From a bacterium (GTDB lineage: Bacteria; Patescibacteriota; Minisyncoccia; Phycocordibacterales; UBA6899): a stretch of DNA of 64,000 nucleotides. The stretch's first letter is position 1. Every line of letters starts with the position of its first letter. The DNA lies in assembly GCA_021851895.1 (NCBI GenBank), contig JAJZQJ010000001.1, forward strand, positions 135,338 through 199,337. Direction: 5' to 3'. Below are positions 23,701 through 29,548 of this stretch, piece by piece. Position numbers and translations under genes: made by a program. Under the pieces are notes generated by a model. The model was not told the origin of the DNA and searched no databases. It saw nothing but the letters and a program-made list of their open reading frames with translations.

Positions 23701-24683
23701 CCAATGCGTGCAGATGCTGATGTAGTGGTCGACGTATCTGCTGCAGGCGTAACAGTAGATTGCGCTGCTGGCTCCTCTGGCATCGTTGCCGTAGCAGGTG
23801 CGACGTTTACCGTATCGGACTCTGGCGCGGGAACGATTGCGGGGAGCACATTGTGAATCACTGTCTGTATCGAGTCGATGATCGAAGGTGCCGATGTCGC
23901 GGTCACGACAGGAGCCGATGGAACAGCAGTATCAACTGCAGATGATGTGCTGCTCGTTGCAGCAGAAGCCTCAGTAGAAGTGCTCGTGCTTGAAACTACA
24001 TCAATCGCTGGCGACGATGTCGATACAGAATCGACGGCAGTAGTCGATGCGGCGGATGACGTTGCATCGAGTGTCGTTGAAGCATCGATCATCGGTGCGC
24101 GCTCGGTCACTGCGTATGAGCCAAATGCAAATCGAGCACTGTAGCTGAGATCGAAATCAGCAACACGCGCATCGATCGAGAGATCCTGTACTGCTGCCGC
24201 TGTAGGATTTTCGACACCTTCTCCTGAGACAAAGGAAGGTGAAATATATGCATGCACTTCTTTTTCCGCACGCGCTGAATAGGAGAAGAAGATCGACGTT
24301 GCGAAGAAGACAACCATCAATAGGGATGCCGAAAGTACCGTAACGCGACGATGCTTGCGATAAAACGCAAAGGAGCGCTTTGTGATATATGTAAAAACCT
24401 CAATGAGAAAAACGAGAACCAGATTTTCGCGCAAAGCCTCAAAAAACGCACGTAGTTTTTCCACAACTGCGAGGAATCCGTGGATCAAGGGCTTCAGGGT
24501 ACGCCCATGACGCTTGTAGGTCTCAGAAAATGCATGTGCAAAAAAAGATAAAACGAAAGAAGTCACCTCCAGGATAAATGCAAAAAATCCACGCAATGCA
24601 AAAGCGACCGTGCGTGTGCAGTGTGAAAACCATTTCCTCCAAGAGGGCGTGGTCATTACATTGATTTTACCATTTTTAGCCAT
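5790..24683 (-). CDS. Giant (6,297 aa) membrane-anchored surface protein: N-terminal TM helices, S/T/A/P-rich linker, two DUF2341-like modules, FN3-like modules, long Gly-rich beta-helix-type repeats, three tandem ~780-aa repeat units
   Basis: Single uninterrupted ORF of 18,894 nt. N-terminal hydrophobic helices; about 270 aa of Ser/Thr/Ala/Pro low complexity. DUF2341-like segments (WNWRMPIDVTLPYAESS...IRFSDEDG near nt 21850-22140; WPYRERVSITNNTSS...DIRFTAADG near 7700-7960). FN3-like ...TTYWWRVRAKDPTGSTQYSDWS. Triple repeat ...NDP(S/A)GxPGxxxWDDS at nt about 12760, 10390, 8110. Confidence 0.8.
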   Translation of the reverse strand: MAKNGKINVMTTPSWRKWFSHCTRTVAFALRGFFAFILEVTSFVLSFFAHAFSETYKRHGRTLKPLIHGFLAVVEKLRAFFEALRENLVLVFLIEVFTYITKRSFAFYRKHRRVTVLSASLLMVVFFATSIFFSYSARAEKEVHAYISPSFVSGEGVENPTAAAVQDLSIDARVADFDLSYSARFAFGSYAVTERAPMIDASTTLDATSSAASTTAVDSVSTSSPAIDVVSSTSTSTEASAATSSTSSAVDTAVPSAPVVTATSAPSIIDSIQTVIHNVLPAIVPAPESDTVNVAPATATMPEEPAAQSTVTPAADTSTTTSASARIGHILARYFTPHTALAQDVPSSSGDQTQATTAAAPAESSAPAATSDGGAAAPSSATVSAPVPAPAPSTVVTTEDASATAAPAPVESVSAPTSNESSTSAADVGTDAGSVADGASQVDTPDDRDPYKVASCTLFGKQCHLLVMEGFGVGPELSKYPVRNAQLMVSIAGRAAPQDDPDRVIFRAYRNGKWVYLGEQQVTGEFDNSSRGGFLTFPLGISSWSELANMTISVEYVRDGEADASVLLDAAWVDVGFAADEAPDDLALLSPNVKSALLARDAERRIKERDHLKLEDGTTIDFNDLVAETPGAKLRVAMTKDRHAVLGSGEDYVSVTNVGKNPEHVRLSFHFPENGGRVTDIAQYSHNVPHKVVEARTAPIAYVCSSGWVSATSSDVLAQTNGYSCADSNETHVCASLSDDKTSCLSEVTAVGQQEDTVYRRDFVPDAIYSGSFRDDQNIFGRAMDALLSEMPSDILPTSVHEVSYTNPFDIEPGATQYFRFNYDTQLNTRGDIYVEAVAASGAYGLGHTEFDGSWNWRMPIDVTLPYAESSNEVAVPIALNKMPLEFWNHVKNDGSDIRFSDEDGLNELPYWIADFDIRDHTGMIWVRMPQNGGIIPRIYVYAGNPDAEASSKPWAPFTTSVVTPRAVLMSPGGEEADVTITALAPQLHVVVDGHDERTLLYGETALFEHVANNAVIRATGPISAKAHSVFGRAVAAPLGLSGLSAVLPEYTRKLNAISGTYEGTTVTAGEQSMELTPGNVSSMDIDGEQKATSSVPTLFVAEDAEKATLIAENGKSIPEQLAASAVLDHKERSVRAACEGHHIFGAYDARGSLLATSTCGVTLSGPFDEGTLVRMFRDQDGGTVGARFFGSNDADGQIVARDVVSRTADAYGVQAAFGEPEFVLPGEHRLFDRLGDKEVAHVNRFLSAKREFSAEEVPTFKFQYKPQSNSFLQSLRKFVGMPAFSVDNVVVEQSGKPLDIETSVEYGTNNEWTVRFAKDARMRITPGKLTLRMQIHEGSSTYEDSYDFYWALLAVNFNKATYEQGETAQITMGALSDTGNTICDARLKLFVTTPASTTIEVPVTASNDCNGNNITDVPDYTASYTPVDAGKYMVRLVRLDDAENILADVRDTFSVVPHMTYVIERSGPTRINPTALYNMTLRVFSREPYKGKISDLIPGDFDVVERGGGTLDWTDETHAVKRISWDVDMNPGEVYQFTYRFDAPDISPYMFFLGPATIGDGANAYTEPRTWQVASDAAGKMIIYWTDGMSIPAGWDLVSSSTGPFFDRWAMGSSTYGITGGATTHTHTFTTSVSSAVYTTAVPAAGTTNFLSYKDHTHAFTPTFGDGSNLPPSLSLRVLRSQTAGEVNLPAGAAVLFESIPSSGWNALTSMEGNYPYGENSVGMATGSPTHAHSVSGTLGAPTGGPTYARRTSGTYPYVSTVTHTHTLISTTTPPLSNDPPYVTYRLAQSTAAGPVPNDAITMWDADPAAGWINLSSDGGVLSNRFVKIAAAAGATGGHASHDHPDLLGLPTNAGVGSARATVTSGSLFGADPNHTHTVDLASFSTTSNLPPFITVVFAKRSVGIPMFSQTDYRFYDNVNDLTPVDPWPAGAVDVTEDMPVADATYRFRPGSVFRVRMGMHVENATSTAGLFPLKLQYAADNNCASALNWNDVGAPGSGAPLMGYDNTLVNEGAALPSALLSTTTPGREQAYRESSGSVNFVNTTGIGENAEWDWSLEAGTTLASSTQYCLRMVEDSGKILGAYQNFPSFITNNAPFAPDLKTPFNHEKISTTTPTFTFSAADDESNTEHYEVQIDTDPNFGAPFVDLSTTNAASNFLNVNNPTNKAPYTSGDTVQFTVPQAKALTNNTTYWWRVRAKDPTGSTQYSDWSIAKAITVDTSLNVSAWFQTTDAQFAQDVSTGLTVTGNAVRLASTSTSGTIVSPELIFSEGTMGTVWGSLEFTKDAGGGITFQIEYKDLSGTWSLVPDSLIPGNSTGLSVTTSLKALDPQLYPSLRVRANFTNTATPVLSDWTIKWAYKTLAPTITSPFSHASVASSTPFVFSAIDPQSYPIRYWFSYSTDPTFAASTTCYSDTQTPTAPACGTFTDMTSGGTAPFASGHTIKFVPSAPLTSGTTYYYRIAAYGVGGGAWSFWSDTRAVTAQAAAPAYTTWFQTMAGQFKMDTLSGVYANTSNSVAVATTSDRVLMVYGSGSNPNPKYRFYEAGALGAEGNALSINSTVLWSVAKASPAYDQFILGTMGADRAMSFQVFENDIWSRMLTMPASGPSATRKSFDVAYEALSGRAVAVACNGMDASYAVFDGSTWGAVQSLNLPFTTNCELVKLASNPIQNQILALFRNTGSSFTAEEWDGTQWVASREFTFSASAGVVEPAHDAMDIEFERTSGRAVAIVGANTTRGFRYRIWGGSNWSGAEAAYTNLGGGATIAKLAWGKLVRDPASNDLELCTNSQYSATDDGAYTDYVRFTNTAPVSVAPGEYWPYSRHAQSNSCIYETKPGRTGRLMVVADESWAIADGSATNNHTIWDARNVAAGTWQSGSTSNTNKLWTWSGTTYQWGGVEAWTTKLARASASGDVLAMILSRSPSLRYMFSIWNGSAWTTPQNIATPSVSTKPYGAPFDLATQEGLSTGRIYSSPINFADGQAPAWRQARFNTSIPGGSTALVSLEYLDPTGNWTRIPDNDLPGNSVGTSTSPIDLSGLNVGTYTTIRLRADLACNGLTNCPTLNDWTVDWAQGLAVGGIARDHDRTTVLTSGTVSVAVNGVPSAQTGSIDATGHWTIPSVSYRNGDVVTAWINNPGAANRAVAVAKFMGAGSLSNMELSRRWLTLGDLTQTGETISNADLGLIDYRNETSGATSTSIFHNVDASGNLTLCASTLLPCPDASLAVLSGTTWRPQSTGSVTNTMYAHVIEGETNADANIIKISGDWRNSGIFTPGTGRTVFNATSSVHTIDNTGASQYKFNDVTFGESATTATWQTTTPLYLNGSLAINYGTLSPGAQPLSIESSLSIGANGKFTKGTATTTFLGVPVATWSDLSSGGQDLGNILIDGSPKSLSLSSGVHATNVTIASGDTLFFGVNTLSLSGSFENDGTVNGGTGKLLMAPVAAATIKQGSAVLNNVTLQSGSVSWVDTSATTSGDVLVSGGAHTLPVNTLTVGGGFTQTGGTFTASNQTILNGTSANKQMSAISSFKALSFTGTGSWNFISSATTTGELVISGGAVTLPSGTLTVGGNFSNTANIVHNGGTLFMNGGTQTIALGGKTIGGVTAGGTNLTFVDTNVIAAGSIIVNAGSTLNFPTNGSLTVGGSFINNGTANANASLLSMNRASGAATLSAGTTVLSGLGIAGGGNFTIVGNTRVSATTTIGTVGSFTMQTGNELRVDGFFTNAAANVNTTWTGSTLRLTSGATMSINTKNTGDDDYGAIILDNGTQLRMWNSTATSVTTNAGSSLYGQNWGAVSGALRIYGTYSQNSGSAYWNNGTDFDGTLLSTPRPVAVAIAGGSTLNFVPNTALEIVGAPSATTTVSALSGTYAVNLATSTLSAQYATLSNLGIAGISITGSSTLAAFDDVDISAGVNSGYAMTLTKEVIDANAGKQYAHDMWRSGGFTGTKNVRVTSASTNYIRFKQHGGNIAGENFDNDPSGDPGEVRWDDSSYIISVSGTVYDKNLLPMGATVCDGVTAVVRVQVTGGGAFGGTCGAGGNFTVNGVTFSGETTMSIYLKGNPNAKAVTVTRGASVNLSGIALYQDRVILRHEDTLAMTNAALAGFDADNDPDMLFTSNSGTLNIPSNDELWIWAGKTFTPGGNVTTGTGGTGVYGGALHIDNGATLNAQSTELFSIGGRLQADSGAVFNTASSTVQLTATDARTIAGVNPFTFWNLSFTGTGSWSLASDIAVANTFDLASGTLLGTGNITTQNGATGAGALAMTGGTFALPNGGSWGGPNPWTAFNLTLGDGTTNSTTTKSGVGTTTVAGVLTVSMNHDLDLATHPLTLTATGTPLVVNGTIDTTGSTVTYASAGATNVTNIVYNGLTFLGSGTYTLPSLALVVKGNFTVGDGITTPTVTGLSGDPLLSILGDVSIASGATYIASDAATTTVKGNWTNAGTFTNSLGLVQFIGSGVKTIAAGNSAFGRVDFNDPLGSWTLTGNTTASVVSLSDVSSWTLASGKTLEIDNAFLNLVGSAKTTWTGSTLYLNTGNRVALNTKTSGADVYNILKLGVNTEAVMWNSSSTQMVTAAGSGVLSMNHAGVNGDLYIFGDYKNSSAPEYWDYTKDFDGETLGTPRAARVRFASGATATYSGTSILEMVGDPSATTTVRALSGTYGLTIGGATTSMQYLDISDANTTGVSLTGSVKVAGMNDVVFRNPSGTGSMMTVAGSVISANPVKIMYRLGFIASGGNNVTATGTTASAWRFVNHYGGRDGEAYDNDPAGNPGYLIWDDSTAQFTLSGHFYKSDGVTVSSACNGVSQNVVLRVINASTTVATACSAADGSFSIPNILPAGNDVLAVFATSTSGVKAVTYTYDPLTNIADYDLYENTVIVRNEQSNPITNALIDGFDKDQSSNIPARVVSNALTLDTNTKLLVWDAKSFAPGGNVSIPGNTNTSSIEGDLELRPGSTWTTNGADVYTIGGDLSIGAGAHVAGTSGDFTFTSAVAGRSITSASPSTMTNLTFNGAGSWTMSGIATTTGDVTITTGTVTLPSSSLAIGGSFLNSGTFSANGGAVYMTATSTGRQIRTSGSAFKDLTFLGTGAWSFLDNATTTGNFTIASGTPTLPAGALAVGGDFQNIGGGFNANGGTLSLSGSGTRLLVPGGSTFANLRIANGDFSTNVANATTTGDVYIDSGSLALPTEVFSVGGTFKNIAGAFSAGASSTVRMTATTTGKLINPGNSTFTNLIIDGAGGGFTIEANATTTKSMTIKTAAAFVQSPSTRLVVQDLFTNNVGGTWTGSTLRLEKTGVSSINTKSASASSYSTIDLGPSAQVSVWNASSTSVSTGSGAALYAQNYANVNGALQIYGQYVRNTGADYWSATTNFDGTPIASRTVNVRFAPGSSGTWNTGTELHIVGTSVATTSVQSISGNYDLTVSDGTFEGRYLKVRNTTGNGIQLLGNTHILALDDADLATGVDTGNILSIDGATVDMNAGAILSNDMFALGVGHTSGVNAYLNGTSTNALNFMSATGNLAGEAFDNDGGGDCGAFRWDDSSCQFVDQRYYRWRHDDGTEAVPDSEWFGGATSSWPYRERVSITNNTSSAASNVAVLVKLPYHSQMQADYRDIRFTAADGVTSIPFWIDTYTTAEANVWVKVPTITANAASDIYVYYGNSAATAASNGANVFTYFFDGESGLTGMSGDTGAFKTVDMASRSPLEQLGLKYLRAMTDTGQTLGMANLSAGVSRGSVVGTGVTIRENLYIDGTSNDDTCLTFGANSTSGSNWGFCVSPQQAAKNVRLVKDATKDGYIPNASAEVSSQDITLSTAGWYSARIDWEAIGKITAWLYDPNGNQVANISATDSYNPGSGIGFSYWYQHGGWDNVTATPLVKGTPTVTVLSPQQHGGASWITPENTAYGTASLGEKVRLRFSIRNTGTPLTNQQLELDYAIKGAAPNCESVADVNYTPVLPASSCATQDVCMSTSTYFMDGDPTTPLLSTPKGLDFVTGRIVEDPSNKTTGLDINQNFFTEVEYALQITPNAIQPSYCFRVSDNGNRLVSYTKVAEASVSHPPKISNWNWTTPTLSLINEGGTTTVMATGTVTDYSGYTDISPVATGTIFRKSLGESCMANDNNCYTGGKTQCSLSDCAGISCTLTCTADLQYFAEPTDIGAYAGDMWTAAVHVHNMADVYDNATADATLNTLKALAFTTGDVDFGSLDIGSTTPAYANPTATLQNTGNAQFGLDIAGTDLTTTGSTIPVDNEKVATSTFDYSSCTLCTTLSTSTTPLSLTFPKPVSTTPVVNNLYFGLYIPFGTKPLTHNGFISVSAN

Positions 24684-24840
24684 TTTTTGCGCCTTTCCTT
24701 ATGGCACAAAAATTTCTATAGTATGGCTAAGTTGAGCCATATTTATTTGTCTATTCACCATATCCACAGGAAGTAAATGTAAGTGAGTAACATATGCATG
24801 AAATAGTCGGAACCAACTACACTCATATGCGCAAAAAAAT

Positions 24841-24868
24841 AAAAACAAGACGATCAGTCGTCTTGTTT
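24841..24868 (-). terminator. Rho-independent terminator after the cohesin-like gene
   Basis: AACAAGACGATCAGTCGTCTTGTT hairpin directly after the stop at 24869, with a T-run on the minus strand. Confidence 0.7.
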
Positions 24869-26371
24869 TTATCGCGAGAGCATCTTGCGAACGTCCTCTG
24901 CCTCTTTTGCGAGAAGCTCTTCAGAGAGATCCATCGCCTCGTGAATACGGCGCGTAACCTCCCTATCCTCCGCTGACGGATTCGGTTTCTGATACAGCCT
25001 ATTCAACTGTTCATCAACCTCCTCACGCAACGCAGAGAATACTGATGCAATGCGGTCACGTACTTCATCAGCCTCTCGCTTGGTAAGGAATTTCTCTTGT
25101 CTAAAGGCATTACGCTCATACCAGATGACACCAATAAGACCGCCAATTGCTGCAAAGAGTGCGGCGATTCCGATCATCGGCCAAACTGAATTCGTCTGCT
25201 GATCTGCAGCGGGTGCATCAGCCTTCACTGGTGCATTGACCATGAATGCTGTTTCCGCTGAGGTGGTATTTCCACCAACATCGTAGGCGATGATCTTGAC
25301 GCTATGACTACCATTAGGGACTGCGAGCAATGGATACTTACCATCGCGCACCTCTGCGAGGGAGATCTTCTTAGCCTGTCCCCCATCGAGAACGATCTCA
25401 TAGTTTGCAAGACCCGAAAGTTCGTCAGTCGTCGAAAAGGCGAGTGTAACATTGTTCTCCTTTTCGGGAACTGTTGCCGTCACTGTGAACTCCTTTGGGG
25501 GAACACGATCAACAAGGAACCTTCTGTGCGCCGTTGGACCCCAACCGGATGCATTCTTATATCTTATATGAAAATAATTCTCCCCATCCTTAAAATCCCT
25601 AAATTCCTTTTCTGCGATTGCGGGATCATATGACTGCTTCGGTATAGTGGTGCTCGACTGATCGACTTCGAGTCGAACGACAGAGACATCAAGCGGAAGC
25701 TCCCAAGAGAACTTCGCGGTGTCCCCACCGTAATAGACATCCTCTTTTGGATGTGTAGTTGACGTGATGATCGGGAGTTCAGGAAGGTCAGACGCAACAT
25801 TACTGCCTGAGCTCGAAGTATTATCAGAGGATGAAGGTGCCGATGGACCTGGATCAACATAGCCGCCTGGCCCAACACTAACACTAAGCGCACTCCCTGC
25901 CTGGTACATATCAGCACCAGAGCCATCACCCGCGAGAATCGATCCCTTATCTACAGTGATACTTGTCGTACCTTCTTTCTTTGCAGTAAACGTGACCTGG
26001 ATGATCTTCTTTTCTCCAGAGATCGGCGCAGTATGTCCACCCTCAAAAGTCACCGTGCCTTGACTCGCCGATATCGCTGGCTCAACCGCCCAAATAGAAA
26101 ACGCTGAACCATCCTTTACGATCTTCGAGGCACTCAATGCTGCAGGATCGAATTTTATTGTCGCGCTGCCAGCGTTGTAAACTTTATCACTCGTCACATC
26201 GACGGAAACCGTGAATGGTTTTCCGACGACAGTCGAAACCGCGGGTGGTACGAATTGATAGGTGGCCGCTTCGGCACGCAATGCCAAAGCTGGCGCATAG
26301 AGAAATGCGCCAGCGATGACCGCGACTATTTGTAAACGTACGCGAGAAAACATGATACTATTCTGAATCAA
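24869..26371 (-). CDS. Cohesin-like domain surface protein with C-terminal TM anchor and cytoplasmic coiled-coil tail
   Basis: Signal peptide; N-terminal beta-sandwich resembling the cohesin fold (FTVSVDVTSDKVYNAGSATIKFDPAAL...TVTFEGG...IQVTFTAKKEGTTSITV); Ig-like middle region; TM helix PMIGIAALFAAIGGLIGVIWY near the C-terminus. Start overlaps the hsp20 stop by 14 nt. Confidence 0.5.
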   Translation of the reverse strand: MIQNSIMFSRVRLQIVAVIAGAFLYAPALALRAEAATYQFVPPAVSTVVGKPFTVSVDVTSDKVYNAGSATIKFDPAALSASKIVKDGSAFSIWAVEPAISASQGTVTFEGGHTAPISGEKKIIQVTFTAKKEGTTSITVDKGSILAGDGSGADMYQAGSALSVSVGPGGYVDPGPSAPSSSDNTSSSGSNVASDLPELPIITSTTHPKEDVYYGGDTAKFSWELPLDVSVVRLEVDQSSTTIPKQSYDPAIAEKEFRDFKDGENYFHIRYKNASGWGPTAHRRFLVDRVPPKEFTVTATVPEKENNVTLAFSTTDELSGLANYEIVLDGGQAKKISLAEVRDGKYPLLAVPNGSHSVKIIAYDVGGNTTSAETAFMVNAPVKADAPAADQQTNSVWPMIGIAALFAAIGGLIGVIWYERNAFRQEKFLTKREADEVRDRIASVFSALREEVDEQLNRLYQKPNPSAEDREVTRRIHEAMDLSEELLAKEAEDVRKMLSR

Positions 26372-26864
26372 CCTTGGTGATATTCATGCGCAACTTATTC
26401 GTCTGCTGACCCTTCAAAGGGAGATGCAAAACAAGCACGCCATCCTTTATCTTTGCTTGTGCAGCCTGAGCATCGACTTCCTGAGGAAGAATGATCTGAC
26501 GGAAGAACTTTCCCCAAACACACTCTTCGAGGACGTAATCGAGTTGCTCATCTTCATCGCGTCGACGACCTACCTTTATACGCACATCATTATCCGAATG
26601 CTGTATGAGATCCTGTGGACGCATCGAAGCACCCTGGATCGTCACAATATCATTATCGCCCTCGATAGAGACATCGAGGTCCTTAATATCCGTACCCGCG
26701 ACCTGCGCGAATATAGTGATCTCGGTATCGGTCTGACAGACGTCCACAGGAAGCTGCGCGACTCCGATAGGAGCAGCAGTCTTCGTGTGTTCGATCGACT
26801 CGATCTCGTGCGTGTCTGATACTCCGACACCACGTCCTTTTAATTTCTGTAAGAAAGAACTCAT
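26358..26864 (-). CDS. Hsp20/alpha-crystallin family small heat-shock protein
   Basis: Alpha-crystallin domain motifs (VDVCQTDTEITIFAQVAG..., GKFFRQIILPQEVD..., IKDGVLVLHLPL). Confidence 0.8.
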   Translation of the reverse strand: MSSFLQKLKGRGVGVSDTHEIESIEHTKTAAPIGVAQLPVDVCQTDTEITIFAQVAGTDIKDLDVSIEGDNDIVTIQGASMRPQDLIQHSDNDVRIKVGRRRDEDEQLDYVLEECVWGKFFRQIILPQEVDAQAAQAKIKDGVLVLHLPLKGQQTNKLRMNITKVDSE

Positions 26865-27253
26865 ATAAATTTATTGGTTTGGTTGTACGTTTTCCAACAA
26901 CGTTTAACGATGACTCTATTGTACCGCTCACGAGTGATAGGTGCAAGTAATTTGCTGTCGTATGATGTGTACAACATGTGTGTAATTCCATCTGCAAATA
27001 CATATTCGATACGGATACAAATATTATTTTTTCAAATCCTCACGCCATTTTCGAGAAACAAAAGTTTCTAAATGCAAATGATGAATTTTTTTGACATATA
27101 GTATTTTTATCATCAAGGTAATTGCATCCATTAAAGCAAACGGTGGGTAGATATGAGCGATACGAATGAGCACGATATGAAAAAGCCACAGAGAGATGTG
27201 AAATGCTTATGCATGCATACACCCTCTCCGTGGCCTTCAGTCATATTTTCACA

Positions 27254-28939
27254 CTAGCCCGTCCATGCAGAAAGCAAGATCGAGAAGTCTGTCATATTTA
27301 CGATACCATCGTTATTGATATCTGCAGTAGGAGATGATTTCTTCCAATTGAATAGCAACATAGAAAGGTCTGCGAGATTGACCTTTCCATCACCGTTGAT
27401 GTCCGCGCGTTTTCTCATGTCTCCTTGCGGCTTCTCTCCAACACCGAGGAGAAACGCATTCGAGAAAAGAGAATTACCCTGTCCACTGATGAGCGATTGC
27501 GCACGCAAACTATATGTCCCCTTTCGCAATCCGTCAGTTGGCAGATTGAGTGACCATGCACCAGCTGAATTCGCTGTTGTCGTTGCAATGACAAGCGGCA
27601 TCTGTAATGGATCCTGCTCAGTAAGCACAACAACCTGAACTGCCGCTGACGGTATCGCGAGACCCGAGACGAGCGTTTGCTGTCCTGGTTCGATACGCTG
27701 AGCAGGTGCGGTGATCGTCGGGGAAAGAAATACAGGACCTATGTTATTTTGCGTCTGCGCAGAAATGTAAAGCGTCGTACTGTACGTCGCCGAACGAAGC
27801 CCATTCGCATCGACAGCAGAGATCGTAAATCCATAGGTACCACGGTCGAGATTATTCTCCGAGGTACTAAAATTACCTTGCGTGTCCGCTGAAAGAACCC
27901 TGAATTCCTGTCCGTCTTTGAGAATGCTTACCTGTGCCCCCGGGAATGTTCTACCTGATATATACATTCCACTTTGCGGCAAACTGATACCACCTCCAGT
28001 ATGATCTCCCTCCTGTGTACCTGGCGGTGGTGGTGGCAAACGATGCTCCTTCGGTACAACACCGACATCGAATGTGATCGGATAATCAACATTATTCGCG
28101 GTCAAGCCATACTTTGTGAAACAGCGTATGTAATAGGCGTACGATGTGTCATCCACAGTGTCGACGATGAGACTTTGATTACGATAAAAATTCGTAGACA
28201 GAAAACGCTGGAGTATCGGCATGTCCTCATACGCCACATTTGGTGTCATCGAATAGCGACAAAATGCAGGCAAGTCAGTTTGAAATGAAAGCATGACCTT
28301 CTTCGTTCCTCCAGGCAAAAGCCCTGTAGGCAAACCATCACTTAAGACCGCGGCCATCCCCTGTCCGATCGCACCGACTCCTATCGGATCCATGATATTG
28401 ATGAGGCCGATCGCCATATCGATCACCTTTCCACCGGCACCAAATGTAGCGATCGTATATCGCTGTGGCCCCACAGAGGCACTATTTGTGATCGCATTTG
28501 CTACGGCTCCCGCGCCGATACGCACGCGCACACGCGCACCACTCGGGATAGCAAACTCGGGGTCGCTCGCAAGATGGACCCTTACGTCACCGTCACCCAT
28601 CGGGAGCAAGCTTACCGTCGACGTCGCGGGACCTGCAACCGATTCGAGGACATAAGGCACAAAGTCACTCGATGTCGCAACAGCAAAATCGACGTTCGTG
28701 TAATCGAAGCCATCTGGGAATGTAAAGGGAAGACCTTTCGCATCGAAGCGAATTGAGATCTCACCGTCTGCAGGTATTGGATTAGTTGGAATGAAGGTGA
28801 TGTCATGTGTCGCAGGTACCCCAGGAGCAGATGACGAAACAACATCGGTTGCGAGCTTCAGTTGCGCAGCATCAACAAAAAACGGCATACTCAAAAACAT
28901 GCCAAACAAAAAGAACGTTGTGTGCCATGTGCGTCGCAT
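27254..28939 (-). CDS. Secreted protein with C-terminal type-I dockerin module
   Basis: Signal peptide; Ig-like/CarboxypepD_reg-like middle. C-terminal duplicated Ca-binding dockerin repeat DINGDGKVNLADLSMLL ... DINNDGIVNMTDFSILLSAW. Confidence 0.7.
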   Translation of the reverse strand: MRRTWHTTFFLFGMFLSMPFFVDAAQLKLATDVVSSSAPGVPATHDITFIPTNPIPADGEISIRFDAKGLPFTFPDGFDYTNVDFAVATSSDFVPYVLESVAGPATSTVSLLPMGDGDVRVHLASDPEFAIPSGARVRVRIGAGAVANAITNSASVGPQRYTIATFGAGGKVIDMAIGLINIMDPIGVGAIGQGMAAVLSDGLPTGLLPGGTKKVMLSFQTDLPAFCRYSMTPNVAYEDMPILQRFLSTNFYRNQSLIVDTVDDTSYAYYIRCFTKYGLTANNVDYPITFDVGVVPKEHRLPPPPPGTQEGDHTGGGISLPQSGMYISGRTFPGAQVSILKDGQEFRVLSADTQGNFSTSENNLDRGTYGFTISAVDANGLRSATYSTTLYISAQTQNNIGPVFLSPTITAPAQRIEPGQQTLVSGLAIPSAAVQVVVLTEQDPLQMPLVIATTTANSAGAWSLNLPTDGLRKGTYSLRAQSLISGQGNSLFSNAFLLGVGEKPQGDMRKRADINGDGKVNLADLSMLLFNWKKSSPTADINNDGIVNMTDFSILLSAWTG

Positions 28940-28979
28940 GTGATGGTTTCATTTTATCACATTATGGTATAATGTCGCC

Positions 28980-29450
28980 ATGCGACTGCAGCACACATAT
29001 CACAGCTTGCTCGCGCTTTTTGCGTTCACTACGCTCGCTGTTTTTGTATTCGTGCCTGTCTCCAAAGAACTCCGCGTGATCGGAGCCGAACAAGTAGCCT
29101 CGGTCTCTCAGGTCGGCGCTGGCGTTGCGCCGAGTCCGAGCAATACACTTGCCCTCGCACTCAAGCAACGTGCACAAGAGCTCGACAACAAAGAAAAAGA
29201 TCTCATCCAGAGAGAAGATACATTACGTCTTGAAAAAGAAGCCGCAGCGACTGCACAGAGAAATATGTTGCTTGGAAGCATCGCCTTCGCACTCTTACTT
29301 CTCGCAAGCCTGAATACCTATGCCCATCACAGGGATATGACAAGCGATAAAAAGAAGGCTCGAGATATCATAGATATGGGAACACCGACGACACTACACA
29401 TCCCCCACAGGCCCTACGTCACCGATCTCCACCACGCGAATCGCACATGA
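28980..29450 (+). CDS. Hypothetical membrane protein (N- and C-terminal hydrophobic segments, central coiled coil)
   Basis: TATAAT box 6 nt upstream of the ATG (possibly leaderless). Its own rho-independent terminator at 29451-29474. Confidence 0.4.
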   Translation: MRLQHTYHSLLALFAFTTLAVFVFVPVSKELRVIGAEQVASVSQVGAGVAPSPSNTLALALKQRAQELDNKEKDLIQREDTLRLEKEAAATAQRNMLLGSIAFALLLLASLNTYAHHRDMTSDKKKARDIIDMGTPTTLHIPHRPYVTDLHHANRT

Positions 29451-29474
29451 AAACTCCGCGAACGGAGTTTTTTC
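29451..29474 (+). terminator. Rho-independent terminator
   Basis: AACTCCGCGAACGGAGTT hairpin followed by TTTTTT. Confidence 0.7.
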
Positions 29475-29504
29475 GTAACGAAGAAAGTATGTGCGAAGCG
29501 AAAT

Positions 29505-29532
29505 AAAACACTGACCTCCGGGTCAGTGTTTT
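29505..29532. terminator. Rho-independent terminator (serves minus gene 29549..30592)
   Basis: AAAACACTGACCTCCGGGTCAGTGTTTT. Confidence 0.7.
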
Positions 29533-29548
29533 ACGAAGTAGCGATCGA

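Noticed and set aside
5790-24683. Dozens of 60-230 aa ORFs on the plus strand and in other frames inside the giant gene (e.g. 8956..9540, 11761..12459, 13456..14172, 15145..15735, 19707..20285)
   Set aside because: They are mirror-frame shadows of a continuous 18.9 kb ORF. Their products are Pro/Val/Ala low-complexity strings with no start or terminator context.
26865-27253. Possible tRNA or CIRCE heat-shock operator in the AT-rich region upstream of hsp20
   Set aside because: A TTCAAATCC-like string lacks the rest of a tRNA T-arm and acceptor pairing. No TTAGCACTC-N9-GAGTGCTAA CIRCE match was found. Only a short GAAAC-AAAA-GTTTC palindrome at about 27054-27067, which I did not score.
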